From Oikopleura dioica (Eukaryota; Animalia; Chordata): 64,000 nucleotides of DNA. Both the position numbers and the translations under genes were made by a program. The notes below the pieces were generated by a model. The model was given only the letters and a program-made list of their open reading frames with translations, ran no database searches and was not told the origin of the DNA. The stretch is taken from the NCBI GenBank assembly GCA_907165135.1, contig OU015566.1:4092001-4156000 (forward strand). The letters are read 5' to 3'. This document shows positions 61,399 to 64,000 of the stretch, piece by piece (positions within the stretch are counted from its first letter, which is position 1; the number at the start of each line of letters is the position of its first letter).

Positions 61399-64000
61399 TT
61401 ATTCTTCATTGAGGCAGTGAGAATCAGAAAGAATTTCTCGGTCAACTAGAATTATTTTTAAAACAGAAAAAGTCGAGCCACCGAGAAGTGCAGCGATCGG
61501 AACTAAAAGAAATTTGCGCTTTTTTCGCTGACGAATAACTACCAGTAACAAACCAAGCAACAACGATATTTCTAAAAACTCTCCACGAAACAGCATGATA
61601 ATCTCTCACAACTCCAACACCCACCACCGCGCCAACTTTGCAGTGCGTAGTCGAAACAGGGAGTCCAATAAAACTGGCAGCAAGAACAGTAGATGCAGAC
61701 GCCAAATCAATGCAAAAACCACGAGAAGCAGTCAAAGCAGTAAGATCTTCTCCCATTGTTCTTATCACTCTCCGTCCCCAGCAAAGAAGCCCTAGCAATG
61801 TTTTATGATAAGGGCTTGTGCACCTTACCTAAAGAGATCCCAAGGCCTCCAAAGAATAAAATAGTCGTTGGAGTACAGTCGGAGTCCAAAATAAGGGACA
61901 CCAAGATAAGGGACTTTTTGGCTCAAAATGCCGAAAATCAGCGGCAGAAAAAAATCAAACTTAAGGGACTTTCTGAGATTAGTAAGCTTTTTCGGTTAGC
62001 TGAGAGCCAATAAATGGTATCAATAACCTTGATTTCAACCAGTTTTGCCGCAAACTGAAGTGATTTCCACTTCAGAATATGGTTTCCTCTTTCAAAAATG
62101 TCATAAAAGCCACAAAAACAATGACTTCAGCTTATTTTGCTGCAAAAAATATACTTTAAAAAAATTTGGCAGGGACATATTTTTTGCTTTGATGACCCAA
62201 TTTAAGGGACTTTTTTCGAAAATTTTGGAGCAAAAAAAGTCCCTTATTTTGGACTCCGACTGTATGTCCAGTTTGATTGACAGTTCCTTCAGTCCAAATC
62301 AGAAAAATCGCAATCAAGGGGCCTATCGCATTACTGACATCATTTCCACCATGAGCAAAGGCGCCAAAACAAGCGGTCAAAATTTGAAGAAATGAGAAGA
62401 CAATCTTGTTCGTTCTTGAGTTTTCTAGTTCATCTTCGGTCTAGAAAGCGGTCAGAAGGGAATATAAAAGGAAGATTGCCTTGAGTTGCTCATCAACAGA
62501 AGAAATAGAGCTTGTGTCAAACTTGATCGCTGCGGAGTCGAGCACTTCATCGTCGATTTTTCGGTGAATATCGACGATTTCTCCGTTATGAACGACGATT
62601 TCGAAGTCCGAATCTGATTCTTCGCGTATTTACAACAAATAGATTCGTACCTTGATGCTTGAGCTTCACATGAGTATCTCTCATTACTTCCCTCTGCAGC
62701 TGCATGACCTCGGGAATCCTCACTTTTCGGTCGCCCTAGAATTTTTCGAAATCAAGGAAGAGAAAGCCGACTAACAAGTAGTTTCATTATATTCTCCGTC
62801 GTCAGCGCCGGTCGATTCTCATCATCTCGGTACATATCCGCTTCCGAACCTACTCGCCGTTTGGTTTTCATTAATTCTAGAGAAAGATAAGAAGAAGATC
62901 ATCTGATTTTCATTAAAAATCAATCCACGCGTGTTTCAAAACTTATGATTGGCAATTTGTAAATTGACAAAATGGAGGTTGAAAAAATTGATACCATTTC
63001 GCGAGTTCTCGAGTGTCTTCTGCTCAGATGGTGTGAATTGCACTTAACCATTTGATATCCTGACCTCTGGTGTTTTTCGATGGTTTTTTAGAAGCAAAAA
63101 CCATCATCTCTAGAACCCTTTTTTCTACCTGTTGCTCGGCGCCGATCAAATTCAGAAGGAAGAGAAGTTTTGGGAGACTCGATGATTTCTGGAGTTTTTG
63201 CTTTTGGGATCGGAATTGTGATTCCATTTTCCTTGATTTCAGAAATTGAAAATCGACGAAGATGGAGCTCGTCGTTGGTAAAATCGGAAGCGAGAATTTC
63301 AGGCATAGATTTGACGTTTTCTGATACCGTTGAGGTCCCTGACTCCTTTTGCTTTGTTTTTCATTTGATAATCAACCCCCTATTTTTAAACTGAAAACAT
63401 GACCGTAAAGAGCTCTGCCGAGAAAGCCGATTCGCCGCGTGAATGTTCGAGTCTTCAATTTTCTTCTCATTTTTGATCCTCTCTTTGATCAGCGGAACTA
63501 CGACGCATTGAACTAAGAGCCCCGTAACTGCCCCAAAAGCAGCTGCGCCGATGGGTGGGAAAAGAGTTGGCATGGTATACCAGCCGACGTTTGGAGAGTG
63601 ATGAAGGGAGGCAAAGACGTTGATGCCTGTCGTGAGGCCGTAAAGAATGGGCAGGGCGATGAGGGATCGCTGGTAGCTGTGCTCGTTGAGGAGGATAAAA
63701 TGGCGGGTAAACAAGTAGAAAACGCCTCCAACAACAGCCGAAATAAGCGGCGAGACGGTCCAAATGAGGAGAATTTTTGCGAGAATGATCCAGTTAATAG
63801 TTGAATAAGCATCAGATAATAGGGCGAATCCGACCATTGAGCCGACTTTTCCAGGCTTTTTCGATGACTTTTATCGGTTTAATTAAGAATGAAAATGGAC
63901 CATCGTAAACCTTTCCTATGGCATGAGTTCCAGAAACAGGCAATCTCAAAAACGTCGCAAACATCTGCCACATTACCGAACCCACCATTACCGACAACAT
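61399..64000 (-). CDS. SLC20/PiT sodium-dependent phosphate transporter (5' end outside window)
   Basis: [59 protein letters not shown]; exon interrupted by MITE 61876-62262. Confidence 0.92.
61876..62262. mobile_element. Tc1/mariner-like MITE inserted in an SLC20 coding exon
   Basis: ta|cagtcggagtccaaaataagggac...gtcccttattttggactccgactg|ta, perfect 24-bp TIR. Confidence 0.9.

Overview
Compact, AT-rich eukaryotic genomic DNA. The very short introns, frequent GA/GC/GG-AG introns, tightly packed same-strand genes, many MITEs and TTAGGG repeats best fit a larvacean tunicate (Oikopleura dioica-like); this assignment is inference. About 27 spliced genes were reconstructed by hand. They include a BDH1-like SDR (3' end), a minus-strand PSMA6-WDR75-small PDZ run, a TLC-domain protein, a ROR-like nuclear receptor, two unrelated sulfotransferases, secreted Cys-rich, double Cu/Zn-SOD, CUB and astacin proteins, a reduced FMR1/FXR-like gene, AGA, an LRR-TM receptor, an internally deleted NRAMP, tandem coiled-coil paralogs, SLC13, a Cys-rich/kelch-like protein and SLC20 (partial). 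No transposase, RNA gene or CRISPR array was found. The most striking signal is transposons acting as introns. A 3.25-kb astacin intron coincides with a TIR element with a TTA target duplication and contains a long-TIR element, a Tc1-like MITE and a ~26-copy 55-bp hairpin minisatellite. A Tc1-like MITE sits inside an SLC20 coding exon and offers an in-frame splice-out. Paralog-specific introns have inverted termini and non-canonical donors. A four-element MITE nest, a piggyBac-like MITE carrying telomere repeats and several GNA-triloop hairpin families are also present. All exon boundaries are manual and need RNA-seq confirmation.
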